DNA from: Clostridiales bacterium
GTDB lineage: Bacteria > Bacillota > Clostridia > Oscillospirales > Oscillospiraceae
Assembly: GCA_021202775.1 (NCBI GenBank)
Contig: JAJQCJ010000004.1
Coordinates: 4,517 to 68,516, forward strand
Direction: 5' to 3'
DNA length: 64,000 nt
In this document: in pieces, positions 30,842 to 40,657 of the stretch
Layout of the letters: the number at the start of each line of letters is the position of its first letter
How positions within the stretch are numbered: the first letter of the stretch is position 1
Made by a program: the position numbers and the translations under genes
Notes under the pieces: generated by a model
What the model saw: the letters and a program-made list of their open reading frames with translations, nothing else
The model's database searches: none
Told to the model about the DNA's origin: nothing

Positions 30842-31036
30842 ACGGAAATCAAGTTTTCGGTCAACATACCACAGAAACCCCTCAGCCTGGCCTTGCGGCC
30901 AGCCAGCTCCCCTTTCAGGGGAGCCAATGACGTGGTGATTCCCACAATTTTCTTGCCTCCCCGGTCGGGGGAGGGGGACCGGCGGTAGCCGGTGGAGGGG
31001 TTCCTATACGAAATGAAGTTTAAACTTGATTTCCGT
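30842..31036 (-). mobile_element. 195-bp MITE-like element, copy C (best preserved)
   Basis: It has perfect 15-bp terminal inverted repeats: acggaaatcaagttt (30842-30856) and aaacttgatttccgt (31022-31036). The interior is the reverse complement of copy B. Confidence 0.7.
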
Positions 31037-31089
31037 GTCCGCCGCCGGATGGGTTCAGGGCGGAAGGGCTGCGCCGGTGCGCTGTCCGA

Positions 31090-31263
31090 TTACAGCCCCA
31101 TGGCGTCGGTGATGTTGTCCATCACATCGGCCACCGCGCGGATGGTCTTTCCGGTGTGGGTGTTCTTCAGCAGCCGCTGGCGCTTCGGGGTCATGGCGAT
31201 GCCAATGGCGGCTCCCACGGCCACGCCCAGGCCCATGCCCCGCAGAAAGTTCGTTTTGGTCAT
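31090..31263 (-). CDS. small hydrophobic protein (57 aa), hypothetical
   Basis: It is below the track's length cut-off. ATG at 31263 follows GAGAGGTG. The product is MTKTNFLRGMGLGVAVGAAIGIAMTPKRQRLLKNTHTGKTIRAVADVMDNITDAMGL, with one glycine-zipper-like helix. Confidence 0.45.
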   Translation of the reverse strand: MTKTNFLRGMGLGVAVGAAIGIAMTPKRQRLLKNTHTGKTIRAVADVMDNITDAMGL

Positions 31264-31512
31264 ACCTGTTCACCTCTCTTTCCGCTCTTAGTATGACCCG
31301 CGGGAGGGAAAATGCCGGTGGAAAATGCCACCGAAACAGCCAGCGGTCTCTACCTTTTTTGAATTTTTTGTAAATACGAAACTGCCGCTGGTGCGCAGAA
31401 TCGTTTTGTGCTATAATAACGCCAAACTGCCCCGGCAGGCGGGGCACAATAAATACCTTGCGGCTGTCCCGGCCCTCTGACGGCGAGGCCGTCCGGAAAG
31501 GATGGAAAGAAA

Positions 31513-33333
31513 ATGAAGCAAAAGACAAAATGGACGATTTGCGCCGGCCTGGCCGTTGCCGGGCTGGCGGCGGCGGCCCTCCTGCTGGCTGTGTTTGTCA
31601 GCCGGCTGGTGGGCGGTATCCTGCTGGCGGTGCTGGCTGTGGCGGGCATTGTCGCGTTCTACAGCAGGAGGTTCCTCTCCGGCGAGACGGCGGTGCGGGA
31701 TTCCTGGAAGGTGAAAACGGGCAAGTACCTGTCCGGCGACCAGGAGCTGCACGTCTCCTCCTTTGCCGCCTCCTGCAAATCCGACCTGGACATTCTGCAA
31801 ATCGTCCCCGACGAAGCGGAGGAGAAGGGCTTCACCTACTATGACCGGCAGGTGCAGGAGCGTCTGGCGGCGGCCATCGTCAAGCTGTCCTCCAAAGGGC
31901 GCTATACGCTGGAGAAGCCTCTGGCCATCCTGAACCCCTTCGGCACGGCGGGGAACAGCCTGTACCTGTCTTTTACCACCACCTTCCAGGGGCAGGTACG
32001 GTACACCATCCATGTGGACCGGGAGGACATCCCGGACTACACCGCCCGGGCCAACGACGGGGACGGGGCCACCACCCGCCACGAGTTCCAGATCATCGGC
32101 CTGGTGCCGGGGATGAAAAACCATGTGACCCTGGAGCTGATTGGCCCCAAAGGGCGGCTGGTCAACGACATGGCGTTCACGGTGGAGATGCCCAAACCGG
32201 TGTCCGAGTACCAGGTGAAGCTGGACTATCAGGAGGGGGAGAGCACCGCGCCCCTGTCCTCCGGCCTGTACACCCTGGTTCGGGTGGGGGGCCACAACGG
32301 CTACGCCTTCTTCTATGACAACAGCGGGGTCCTGCGCTATGAGATGGTGCTGGAGGGGTACAGCCTGGACCGCATCCTCTGGTACAAGGGGCAGATGCTC
32401 ACCTGCGTCTCCACCTTCAAGCTGGCCCAGTTCAACGCCCTGGGGCAGGCAGTGGCGGTGTACCCCCTGGAGGGCTACGAGATGCACCACGACATGGCGC
32501 TGAAGGGGGACGAGCCGAAGGTGCTGATCCTGACCAGCGACGTGGGCGAGGTGAACGACGTGGAGGACCTGCTGGTGGAGCTGGATCTGGAGACCGGGGC
32601 CGTGACCCAGCTGCTGGACTTCAAGGACCTGTTCCGTTCCTATTATGAGCAGGAGACCTCCACCATCACGCCCCAGGATGCGTTTTTCTGGATGGCGGGG
32701 AAGAACGACTGGCTCCATCTGAACACGATTCAGTATATCCCGGAGGGTGACAGCATTATCGTCAGCTCCCGGGAGACCTCCACCATTATCAAGGTGGTCA
32801 AGATTCACACCGCACCGGAGATCAGCTACCTCATCGGTGACCCGGCGTTCTGGCAGGATACGGACTTTGCCCGGTACTCCTACACCCCGGTGGGGGACTT
32901 CGTCCCCCAGTACGGCCAGCACACCGTGGAGTATCAGCCGGACAGTGTGCTCCCTGAGGGACAGTACTATCTGCGGCTGTACAACAACAACTATTGGGCC
33001 AACAGCACCCGCCACGGCTGGAAGCCGCCCAAACTGCCGGACAGCGTGGGGACGGTGCTGGCCGGCGGCTCCCTGACCTCCCAGATGTACCGCTATCTGG
33101 TGGACGAAAAGGCCAGAACCTTCTCCCTGGTTTTCTCCTTCGACGTGCCCTATTCCAGCATCGTCTCCAACGTCACCCCGCTGGAGGGCAACTACATCTG
33201 CAACAGCGGCACCGCCAAGGTGTTTGGCGAGTATGACGGGGAGGGCAGGCTGATTCGCCAGTTCGCCTATGAGTGCGGCCTGCAAACCTACCGGACGCCG
33301 AAGGACACCTTCATCGGCTTCTGGTTCCGGTGA
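31513..33333 (+). CDS. aryl-sulfate sulfotransferase (ASST) family protein, N-terminally membrane-anchored
   Basis: 606 aa with N-terminal TM helices. The beta-propeller-type blocks typical of ASST are present (YEMHHDMAL, NDWLHLNTIQYIPEGDSIIVSSRETSTIIKV, GQHTVEYQ). Confidence 0.75.
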   Translation: MKQKTKWTICAGLAVAGLAAAALLLAVFVSRLVGGILLAVLAVAGIVAFYSRRFLSGETAVRDSWKVKTGKYLSGDQELHVSSFAASCKSDLDILQIVPDEAEEKGFTYYDRQVQERLAAAIVKLSSKGRYTLEKPLAILNPFGTAGNSLYLSFTTTFQGQVRYTIHVDREDIPDYTARANDGDGATTRHEFQIIGLVPGMKNHVTLELIGPKGRLVNDMAFTVEMPKPVSEYQVKLDYQEGESTAPLSSGLYTLVRVGGHNGYAFFYDNSGVLRYEMVLEGYSLDRILWYKGQMLTCVSTFKLAQFNALGQAVAVYPLEGYEMHHDMALKGDEPKVLILTSDVGEVNDVEDLLVELDLETGAVTQLLDFKDLFRSYYEQETSTITPQDAFFWMAGKNDWLHLNTIQYIPEGDSIIVSSRETSTIIKVVKIHTAPEISYLIGDPAFWQDTDFARYSYTPVGDFVPQYGQHTVEYQPDSVLPEGQYYLRLYNNNYWANSTRHGWKPPKLPDSVGTVLAGGSLTSQMYRYLVDEKARTFSLVFSFDVPYSSIVSNVTPLEGNYICNSGTAKVFGEYDGEGRLIRQFAYECGLQTYRTPKDTFIGFWFR

Positions 33334-33455
33334 GGGGCGCAGCGGAAGAAAATCCCACGCTTTCTGTTAGAACTGTTTCGTCGCCCATCCCGCCACGGCA
33401 ACAGCCGGCGGCGGAGTGGGCGACGTCGTATTCTTTGGATGAAATTATTTTTCGC

Positions 33456-33683
33456 TTAAAAAGACGCCCCATCCCCATCAGACGGGACGCCGCCGGCGGC
33501 CTCCGGCGACAGGTCAGGGTCCGTATCCGCCCCGCCGTCGGTGGCCGCGGCATCCTCCGCGATGCTGACGGACAGGGCCCCGTCCTCCGGGCGGGGGCTG
33601 TCCCCTCCGGCGTCGTTACAGGAGGAAAAAAGCAGGGCCAAAAGGAGCGCCAGCGGCAGGAGCAAAAGGCTTTGCAGGTTCAT
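33456..33683 (-). CDS. small acidic lipoprotein (hypothetical)
   Basis: 75 aa with a strong AGGAGG RBS, a signal peptide plus lipobox-like LLFSSC, then an Asp/Gly/Ala/Pro-rich low-complexity region. Confidence 0.5.
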   Translation of the reverse strand: MNLQSLLLLPLALLLALLFSSCNDAGGDSPRPEDGALSVSIAEDAAATDGGADTDPDLSPEAAGGVPSDGDGASF

Positions 33684-33823
33684 GGTGACCTCCTATTCTC
33701 TGATGGCAAGTTCCGGTTCCGCCTCTATTGTACCGGAGAACGGGCGATAGCGGGATTAAGATTTTATGAAGATTTTGGGGAGAATATGCGCCGTCGACAA
33801 CCGGCCCCGCCAGAAAAAACCGG

Positions 33824-33852
33824 TTGACAGCCGGCCCAAACCATTCTATGAT
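33824..33852 (+). promoter_or_regulatory. sigma-A-type promoter for the TraX-family gene
   Basis: TTGACA (33824-33829)-17 nt-TATGAT (33847-33852). The 16-mer ttgacagccggcccaa recurs at 34642. Confidence 0.45.
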
Positions 33853-33881
33853 AACGGGAGAACAGTCCGGGGAGGGATTCC

Positions 33882-34604
33882 ATGGAAGCACGCAAAACCG
33901 GCCGGTCAGCGCCCGGCTTCAACCAGAACCAGCTAAAGCTGATCGCCGCGGCCACCATGCTGGTGGACCACATCGGGGCGGAGCTGCTGCCCGGGGTCAT
34001 CGCCCTGCGCATCATCGGGCGGCTGTCCTTCCCCCTGTTTGCCTACTTCATCTATGAGGGCAGCCGGTACACCCACGACCGGCGGGCCTACCTGACCCGG
34101 ATGCTGGGGCTGGGCCTTCTGTGTGTGGCGGCTTACTATGTCTATGACGGGGAGATTTACGGCAATGTGCTGATCACCTTTTCCCTGTCCATCTGTGTGT
34201 TGTACGCCGTCCAGGAGTGGAAAAGGCGGCGGGACGGGCCGAGCTTGGCGGTTGTGGCCCTCTGCCTCCTGGGGGCGTACCTGCTGTGTCTGTTCGTTAC
34301 GGTGGACTACGGTTTCCTGGGAGTGCTGCTGCCGGTGTTTGCCGAGCTGTGCAGCCTGCCGCCGGAGGTCTGCGCCCGCCTGCCCCAGGTTCTGCGGGAG
34401 CGTCTGCCCCTGTTGGGCTTCGGCGTGGGGCTGCTGCTGTTGTCTCTGGAGACGGGGTGGGTGCAGCCTTACAGCCTGCTCTCCCTGCTCCTGCTGCTGG
34501 CCTACAACGGGCAGCGGGGCAGCCGAAACCTGAAAAACTTCTTCTACTGGTTCTACCCGCTGCATTTGCTGGCCATCGGCGGGGTCAGTATGCTCCTCTC
34601 CTGA
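33882..34604 (+). CDS. TraX-family membrane protein
   Basis: 240 aa, polytopic, with the family-typical start NQNQLKLIAAATMLVDHIG and RLSFPLFAYFI. Confidence 0.75.
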   Translation: MEARKTGRSAPGFNQNQLKLIAAATMLVDHIGAELLPGVIALRIIGRLSFPLFAYFIYEGSRYTHDRRAYLTRMLGLGLLCVAAYYVYDGEIYGNVLITFSLSICVLYAVQEWKRRRDGPSLAVVALCLLGAYLLCLFVTVDYGFLGVLLPVFAELCSLPPEVCARLPQVLRERLPLLGFGVGLLLLSLETGWVQPYSLLSLLLLLAYNGQRGSRNLKNFFYWFYPLHLLAIGGVSMLLS

Positions 34605-34736
34605 CACAGCGAAAAAGCATCGACAATTTGGACAGAATTCCTTGACAGCCGGCCCAATTACTGCGAAAATAAGAGGCAGCCCGCCGCCGATGGCGCGGCA
34701 GGCGTCCTTCCGAGAGAAAGAATGGAGGCTATTCCC

Positions 34737-35909
34737 ATGAAACGAAGAATCATTGCCCTGCTGCTGGCGCTGGCCACAGCCTGTTCCCTGGCCGCCTGCG
34801 GGCAGAGCGCGGACAGCGACACCTCTGACGGTGAAGCGTCGTCCGCCAGCGCATCCACCGAGGCGGAGTCCGCCTCCGGCTCCGACCTCTCCAGCGAGGA
34901 GGAGGCGATTCTGGCCGCTGTCCCCGCAGAGGCCAGAGAGGACTGCGTATCCTACCTGACCGACGGCGTTATGAGCAATGACACCGTGGTCATCTCCCTG
35001 GACGGGGCGGAGGTCACGGCGGATATGTTCATTTATTATCTGAGCTACTATGAGACGTACTATATGCTGATGTTCTCCCTCTACGGCTATGACATCAGCC
35101 TGGACGACGCCTACAGCGACGATATGACCTATTCCGACTTCTTCGTCCAGATGGCGGAGTATGCCTCCCTCCAGATGGTGGTGGCCCGGAAGCTGGCAGA
35201 GGATGCCGGGGTCACGCTCTCCGAGGAGGACCAGACCGACATGGAGGACGCTCTGGCCGAATTGCTGGAGTCCGACCTGCTCTATCTGGGGTCCAACCTG
35301 AGCGCGATGGAGAAGATCTTCACCTGCACCACCTATGGCAACAACTATCAGTCAGCGGTTTACGGCGAAGGCGGCTCCGAGGAAATTACGGATGAGATGG
35401 CCGAAGAATACGCCGAGGAGAACGGCTACTATAACTGCCGGTACATCCTGTTCAACGGCGTGGATTTGGAGGATGAGGAGCTGGAGGAAGTTCATGCTGA
35501 GGCACAGGCTTGCTACGAGGCCCTCGCCCAGCTCAGCGGCGACGAGCTGGTGGAGGAGTTCCAAGCTCAGCAGGCGGAACTGAATGAGGACGGCGACGCA
35601 GAGGAGTGCTACGTCAGTCCCTCCAGCAGCCTGTCCTTCGGTGATACAGTGCTGGCCCTGGACGAGTATGAGGTGGGCATCACCGACGCCACCGACTACG
35701 GCTACTTCGTGGTGCTCCGCCTGCCTCTGGGGGAGGAGAACCTGTCCAGCGTGCGGCAGGACTACGCCGACGACCTGTTCAGCGCCGCCATCAGCGAAGC
35801 TGCCTCCGCCGCCGATGTCACCTATGCGGACGTGCTGGAGGAGCTGGACTATGCCGCCTTCTTCGACGCCCTGGCCGCTTTGCAGGAAACCATCAACAGC
35901 GCGTCGTAA
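34737..35909 (+). CDS. acidic lipoprotein with degenerate parvulin-type PPIase-like domain (PrsA-like)
   Basis: ATG at 34737, 8 nt after GGAGG. It has a lipobox LATACSLAAC. The C-terminal half resembles a PrsA-type PPIase domain (NCRYILF.., ..TDYGYFVVLRL). The assignment is tentative. Confidence 0.5.
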   Translation: MKRRIIALLLALATACSLAACGQSADSDTSDGEASSASASTEAESASGSDLSSEEEAILAAVPAEAREDCVSYLTDGVMSNDTVVISLDGAEVTADMFIYYLSYYETYYMLMFSLYGYDISLDDAYSDDMTYSDFFVQMAEYASLQMVVARKLAEDAGVTLSEEDQTDMEDALAELLESDLLYLGSNLSAMEKIFTCTTYGNNYQSAVYGEGGSEEITDEMAEEYAEENGYYNCRYILFNGVDLEDEELEEVHAEAQACYEALAQLSGDELVEEFQAQQAELNEDGDAEECYVSPSSSLSFGDTVLALDEYEVGITDATDYGYFVVLRLPLGEENLSSVRQDYADDLFSAAISEAASAADVTYADVLEELDYAAFFDALAALQETINSAS

Positions 35910-36196
35910 TGCCCCAGGCCCGGTATTGTTCATAAAGGCTTTACAATTTTTTCTAATTCTGTTCAAGAACAGACCGGACCCCCGTGCTATGATAATACCG
36001 TAATCAAGAGTTCTACTTTTTTCTCCTCTCTTTTTCTTTTCCAAGCGAAGGGCCGCCTCACAGCCGTGGGGCGGCCCTTTGTGGCTTTGTCCATTTGTCC
36101 AAAGGAAAGGGAAAAATCACGGATTGCAACTGACGGGGTATTGTGCTATACTCATCTCCGCGAACGGGTGAACATCTGAGAGAGAGGGAATCGGCT

Positions 36197-37528
36197 GTGT
36201 TATTTTCAAAGCAGGATTTAAGGAAACTGATCGGGCCGCTGCTGCTGGAGCAGGCCCTGGCCATCACGGTGGGCATGATCGACACCATGATGGTGTCCTC
36301 CGTGGGGGAGGCGGCCATCTCCGGGGTCTCCCTGGTGGATATGATCAACAACCTGATTTTCGCCGTACTGTCGGCGCTGGCCACCGGCGGGGCCGTGGTC
36401 ACCTCCCAGTACCTGGGGGGCGGCAACCGGCAGGCTGCCTGCCGCTCCTCCCGGCAGCTGATTGTGTCGGTGGGGGCCATCACGGTGGTGATTGCGGCGT
36501 TGTTCCTGCTGATGCACCGGCCCATCCTGCTGCTGTTCTTCGGCTCCATCGAGGCGGACGTGCTGGAGGACGCCATCACCTACCTGCTGATCACGGCGCT
36601 GTCCTTCCCCTTCCTGGCGGTGTACAGTTGCTGCGCCGCCCTGTTCCGCTCCATGGGGAACTCCAAAATCACCTTCCAGGTTTCGGCGCTGATGAACGTC
36701 ATCAACATCGTCGGCAACGCCATCGGCGTCTATGTGCTCCACGCCGGGGTGGCGGGGGTGGCGGTGCCCACCCTGATTTCCAGGGCTGTGGCGGCGGTGG
36801 TGCTGTACCGGATGCTGAACGATCAGTCGCTGACCATCCACCTGCTCCGGGAACCTTACCACTTTGAAAAGGACGTGGTGGGAAAAATCCTGTACATCGG
36901 CATCCCCAGCGGCATTGAAAACGGCCTGTTCCAGCTGGGCCGGGTGCTGGTGGTCAGCATTATCTCCGGCTTCGGTACGGTGCAGATTGCGGCCAACGGC
37001 GTGGCTAACAGTCTGGACGCAATGGGCTGCATCGCCGGCCAGGCCATGAGCCTGGTGATGATTACCGTCATTGGCCGCTGTGTGGGGGCCGGGGACGAGG
37101 CCCAGGTGCGGTATTACACCAAACTGCTGCTGGGCATCACCTATGCCCTCACCGCCGTTCAGAATATCACAATTCTCCTGCTGCTTTCCCCCATCCTGTC
37201 CCTCTACGGCCTGGGGGCGGAGACCACGGAGCTGGCCCGGACGCTGGTGCTGATTCACGACGGCGTCGCCATCTTCCTGTGGCCGGCGTCCTTTGTGCTG
37301 CCCAATATGCTGCGGGCCTGCAACGATGTGCATTTTACCATGGGAATCTCCGTGTTCTCCATGTGTATGTTCCGGGTGGCGTTCAGCTATGTCCTGGGGG
37401 TCCATATGGGGATGGGCGCCATCGGCGTCTGGATCGCCATGGTGATGGACTGGGTGTTCCGGGTCATTTGCTTTGTGAGCCGGTACCTGGCCGGAAGCTG
37501 GCGGAAGAAGGCGGGGCTGGCGGCGTGA
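36197..37528 (+). CDS. MATE-family efflux transporter
   Basis: GTG at 36197 follows GAGGGAA; the track ORF starts at ATG 36143 without an RBS. About 12 TM helices with the typical N-terminus LRKLIGPLLLEQALAITVGMIDTMMVS. Confidence 0.85.
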   Translation: MLFSKQDLRKLIGPLLLEQALAITVGMIDTMMVSSVGEAAISGVSLVDMINNLIFAVLSALATGGAVVTSQYLGGGNRQAACRSSRQLIVSVGAITVVIAALFLLMHRPILLLFFGSIEADVLEDAITYLLITALSFPFLAVYSCCAALFRSMGNSKITFQVSALMNVINIVGNAIGVYVLHAGVAGVAVPTLISRAVAAVVLYRMLNDQSLTIHLLREPYHFEKDVVGKILYIGIPSGIENGLFQLGRVLVVSIISGFGTVQIAANGVANSLDAMGCIAGQAMSLVMITVIGRCVGAGDEAQVRYYTKLLLGITYALTAVQNITILLLLSPILSLYGLGAETTELARTLVLIHDGVAIFLWPASFVLPNMLRACNDVHFTMGISVFSMCMFRVAFSYVLGVHMGMGAIGVWIAMVMDWVFRVICFVSRYLAGSWRKKAGLAA

Positions 37529-37574
37529 CAGGGCCGCTCGATCCCTGTGGACTGTAAAAAGGGGATGTGTGCTT

Positions 37575-37799
37575 ATGGAACGGAAATTCAGCAGCGAATA
37601 TCAGAAGCTGGGACTTAATATTGCCTACTACCGGAAGGAAAAGCATCTGTCACAGATTCAGCTGGCAGAGCTGGCAGACATCAGCAGAACCCATATGTCC
37701 AGAATCGAGAACAGCGACTGCGCCGTGTCGCTGGATGTGGTGTTCGGGATTGCCAGGGCGCTGGACATTCCTGTTTACAAGCTGTTTGAGTTCCGGTGA
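37575..37799 (+). CDS. XRE-family helix-turn-helix transcriptional regulator
   Basis: 74 aa with the HTH LSQIQLAELADISRTHMSRIENS. Confidence 0.85.
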   Translation: MERKFSSEYQKLGLNIAYYRKEKHLSQIQLAELADISRTHMSRIENSDCAVSLDVVFGIARALDIPVYKLFEFR

Positions 37800-37992
37800 G
37801 GGAGCAGGGGGAAACGCCGGAGACCGGGAAAAAAGCAGCCCCATCCCACTGCACGAAAGCTTGTTCGATTGACAGGCATGGTATAATAAACCTGTAGGAA
37901 TCGGTCGAAACCTGTGCGGGGCCGCGGGCCATTCCGGCGCTGCGCTCCCGCGATTCCGGCCACAGACAATAAGTAAAAAGGAGTGTACGAAC

Positions 37993-38751
37993 ATGAAACT
38001 GGAAGGAAAATCCGTAGTCGTCACCGGCGCATCATCCGGCATTGGCAAGGCCATTGTGGAACTCTTTGCCAAAGAGGGCGCCAACGTCATCGCCGTCGCC
38101 CGCCGGAAGGAGCGGCTGGAGGCGCTGGCTGCGTCTGCGGAAGGTTATCCCGGCAAGGTTGTCCCCTGTCCCGGCGATGTGTCCAAAGAAGAAGACGTCA
38201 ACGCCGCCATTGACAAGGCGGTTGCGGAGTTCGGCAAGCTGGACATCCTGGTGAACAACGCCGGCGTTATGGACGATATGTCCCCCATCGGCGACGCCAC
38301 CAACGAGCGGATGGAGCAGGTGTTCTCCGTCAACGTCTACGGCCCCATGTACGCCATGCGCAAGGCCGTCCAGGTGTTCCTGGCCCAGGGCAACGGCGGC
38401 AACATCGTCAACATCACCTCCCTGGGTGGTATGCGCACCTGTGCTGGCGCGATCTACTGCGCCTCCAAGGCGGCTATGATCTCCCTGACCAAGAACACCG
38501 CCTTTATGTATCTCCCCAATGGCATCCGCTGCAACGCCGTGGCGCCCGGCGGGGTCAAGACCGAGATCTCCACTTCCATGGGTATGCCCAACATGAACGG
38601 CTACGGGCGGGTCAAGGACGTGCTGGCGGCCGCTCCGGAGTCCGGCACGCCGGAGCAGCTGGCGGCAGCGACCCTGTTCCTCGCCAGCGATGACTCCAGC
38701 TACGTCAACGGTGACGTGCTGGTGGTGGACGGCGGCTGGAACGCAGGCTGA
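37993..38751 (+). CDS. SDR-family oxidoreductase
   Basis: 252 aa with TGASSGIGKA (cofactor binding), NNAG and the catalytic YCASKAA (YxxxK). Confidence 0.9.
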   Translation: MKLEGKSVVVTGASSGIGKAIVELFAKEGANVIAVARRKERLEALAASAEGYPGKVVPCPGDVSKEEDVNAAIDKAVAEFGKLDILVNNAGVMDDMSPIGDATNERMEQVFSVNVYGPMYAMRKAVQVFLAQGNGGNIVNITSLGGMRTCAGAIYCASKAAMISLTKNTAFMYLPNGIRCNAVAPGGVKTEISTSMGMPNMNGYGRVKDVLAAAPESGTPEQLAAATLFLASDDSSYVNGDVLVVDGGWNAG

Positions 38752-38788
38752 TCTGCCGACCCTGCACACGGCAAACAAACAGAAGCAG

Positions 38789-38826
38789 CATCCCGCCCGG
38801 TGGGAACCGGGCGGGATGTTTTTTTG
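38789..38826 (+). terminator. rho-independent terminator after the SDR gene
   Basis: catcccgcccgg..ccgggcgggatg stem followed by tttttttt. Confidence 0.8.
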
Positions 38827-38845
38827 ATGCCGCAGGACAGATTCC

Positions 38846-40444
38846 TCACCTGTCCCACTTCTGGATAAGGGCGCGGATCTGGTCGGTGAACTTCGCCAGG
38901 TCCTTGTTGGTGCCGCCCTTGTTTCTGCCGATGACCTCCAGCAGCTGCCGCCCGGCCTCCTCCAGACGCCGGTAGGCGGGGGAGCCCTCCTGCCACCTGG
39001 ACTCCGACTTCTTCGGCGGGGCCACGCCCTTTTCCGTCACCACGCCGGCGGCCAGGTCAAAGACCTCCCGCCACTCTGGGGCGTGGGCCCGGTAGCCTAT
39101 CCGGTTCAGCTCCGATGCGAAGCCCTCGCAGACCGCCCCGTCCCCATGCACCACAAAGACCTGGGTGGGCTTCGGACGGTCAAACTGGGAGACCCATCGG
39201 ATGAGTGCGTCATGGTCGGCGTGGGAGGACATGCCGTCCAGCTGGACGATGGAGGCCCGCACCGCCACGTCCTCCCCGAACAGCCGGACGTGCTCCTTCC
39301 CCTCCAGCAGGGCCCTGCCCAGGGTGCCCTGGGCCTGATAGCCCACGAACACGATGGCGCACTCCGGACGCCAGAGGTTGTGCTTCAAATGGTGCCGAAT
39401 CCGGCCCGCGTCGCACATCCCGGAGGCGGAGATAATCACTCTGGGGGTCATGTCGCTGTTCAGCGCTTTGGATTCCTCGCTGGTCTGGGTCAGCCGCAGG
39501 TTGTCCACCTGGAACAGGGAGACGCCGTCGTCCACCAGGGCCAAAGCGTCCTCGTCCAGGTAGCCGGTCAGGTCGCCGGAGAAGATCTGGGTGGCCTGGG
39601 TGGCCAGGGGGCTGTCCACCACCACCTCAAAGTCGGGCAGGGCGGTGACCAGCCCGGCCAGCTTGATCTCCCGGAGGAAATAGAGCAGCTCCTGGGTGCG
39701 GCCCACCGCGAAGGAGGGGATGATGACGTTGCCCCCCTGGGCGAAGGTGGCGTTCAGCACCTCTGCCAGAGCGGCGGTGTAGCCGGTGTGGGCGCCGTGG
39801 TTCCGGTCACCGTAGGTGGACTCCATGATGACGTAGTCCCCACCGGAGATGGGCTGGGGGTCCCGGATGATGGGCTGGTTCGTGTTGCCGATGTCGCCGG
39901 AAAAGACCAGCTTCCGGCTGACATCCCCCTCCCGGAGCCACAGCTCCACATAGGCGCTGCCCAGGAGGTGGCCCGCATCGGTCATGCGGAACCGGACGCC
40001 CTCCCCCAGGGAGACCGTCTGGCCGTAGTCCAACGGCACCAGCAGCTTCAGCGCCGCCTCCGCGTCGGCAACGGTGTAGAGGGGCTCCACCGGCTCCTTC
40101 CCCGCCCGGCGGCCCTTCTGGTTGGCCCAGCTGGCATCGCTCTCCTGGATGTGGGCGGAGTCCAGCAGCATGATGGCCAGCAGTTTGCAGGTCATGGCGG
40201 TGGCGTAGATGGGGCCCCGGAAGCCCTCCTTCACCAGCAGGGGCAGGCGGCCGGAGTGGTCGATGTGGGCGTGGGTCACCAGGACGGCGTCAATTCGGCC
40301 GGCGGAGAAGGGGAATGCCTGGTTGTCCACCTCGTCCCTGCCCTGCTGCAGGCCGCAGTCCACCAGAATCTGCATCCCGCAGGCGGAGACGCAGTGGCAG
40401 GAGCCTGTGACGGCGTGGGCCGCGCCATAAAATCGAAGTTCCAT
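38846..40444 (-). CDS. MBL-fold / beta-CASP metallo-hydrolase (RNA-metabolising type)
   Basis: ATG at 40444 after AGGAGGG (MELRFYGAAHAVTGSCH..), 532 aa. It has HAHIDHSG (HxHxDH), beta-CASP blocks and a C-terminal HADHDAL. The upstream extension of the track ORF to 40585 lacks an RBS. Confidence 0.8.
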   Translation of the reverse strand: MELRFYGAAHAVTGSCHCVSACGMQILVDCGLQQGRDEVDNQAFPFSAGRIDAVLVTHAHIDHSGRLPLLVKEGFRGPIYATAMTCKLLAIMLLDSAHIQESDASWANQKGRRAGKEPVEPLYTVADAEAALKLLVPLDYGQTVSLGEGVRFRMTDAGHLLGSAYVELWLREGDVSRKLVFSGDIGNTNQPIIRDPQPISGGDYVIMESTYGDRNHGAHTGYTAALAEVLNATFAQGGNVIIPSFAVGRTQELLYFLREIKLAGLVTALPDFEVVVDSPLATQATQIFSGDLTGYLDEDALALVDDGVSLFQVDNLRLTQTSEESKALNSDMTPRVIISASGMCDAGRIRHHLKHNLWRPECAIVFVGYQAQGTLGRALLEGKEHVRLFGEDVAVRASIVQLDGMSSHADHDALIRWVSQFDRPKPTQVFVVHGDGAVCEGFASELNRIGYRAHAPEWREVFDLAAGVVTEKGVAPPKKSESRWQEGSPAYRRLEEAGRQLLEVIGRNKGGTNKDLAKFTDQIRALIQKWDR

Positions 40445-40657
40445 GGAATCCCTCCTTCGGGAGACGGGCAGGTGTGCCGCCTGCCGGGCAAATAATAGAT
40501 TTGAAACTATTTTAATACATTCTTTTGAAAATGTCAACCGCTGGAAGTGGGGCTTATGGGGGGCCTCCAGCGTCGCAGAAGGCATAAATATTTCTATTTA
40601 AGGATAAAATGCCCTATATTTTACAGTTCTTTCACACAAAATCCCAGAAAGTATGGT

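Noticed and set aside
31411-33285. 624-aa minus-strand ORF
   Set aside because: It is antisense to the aryl-sulfotransferase-family gene and has low-complexity composition.
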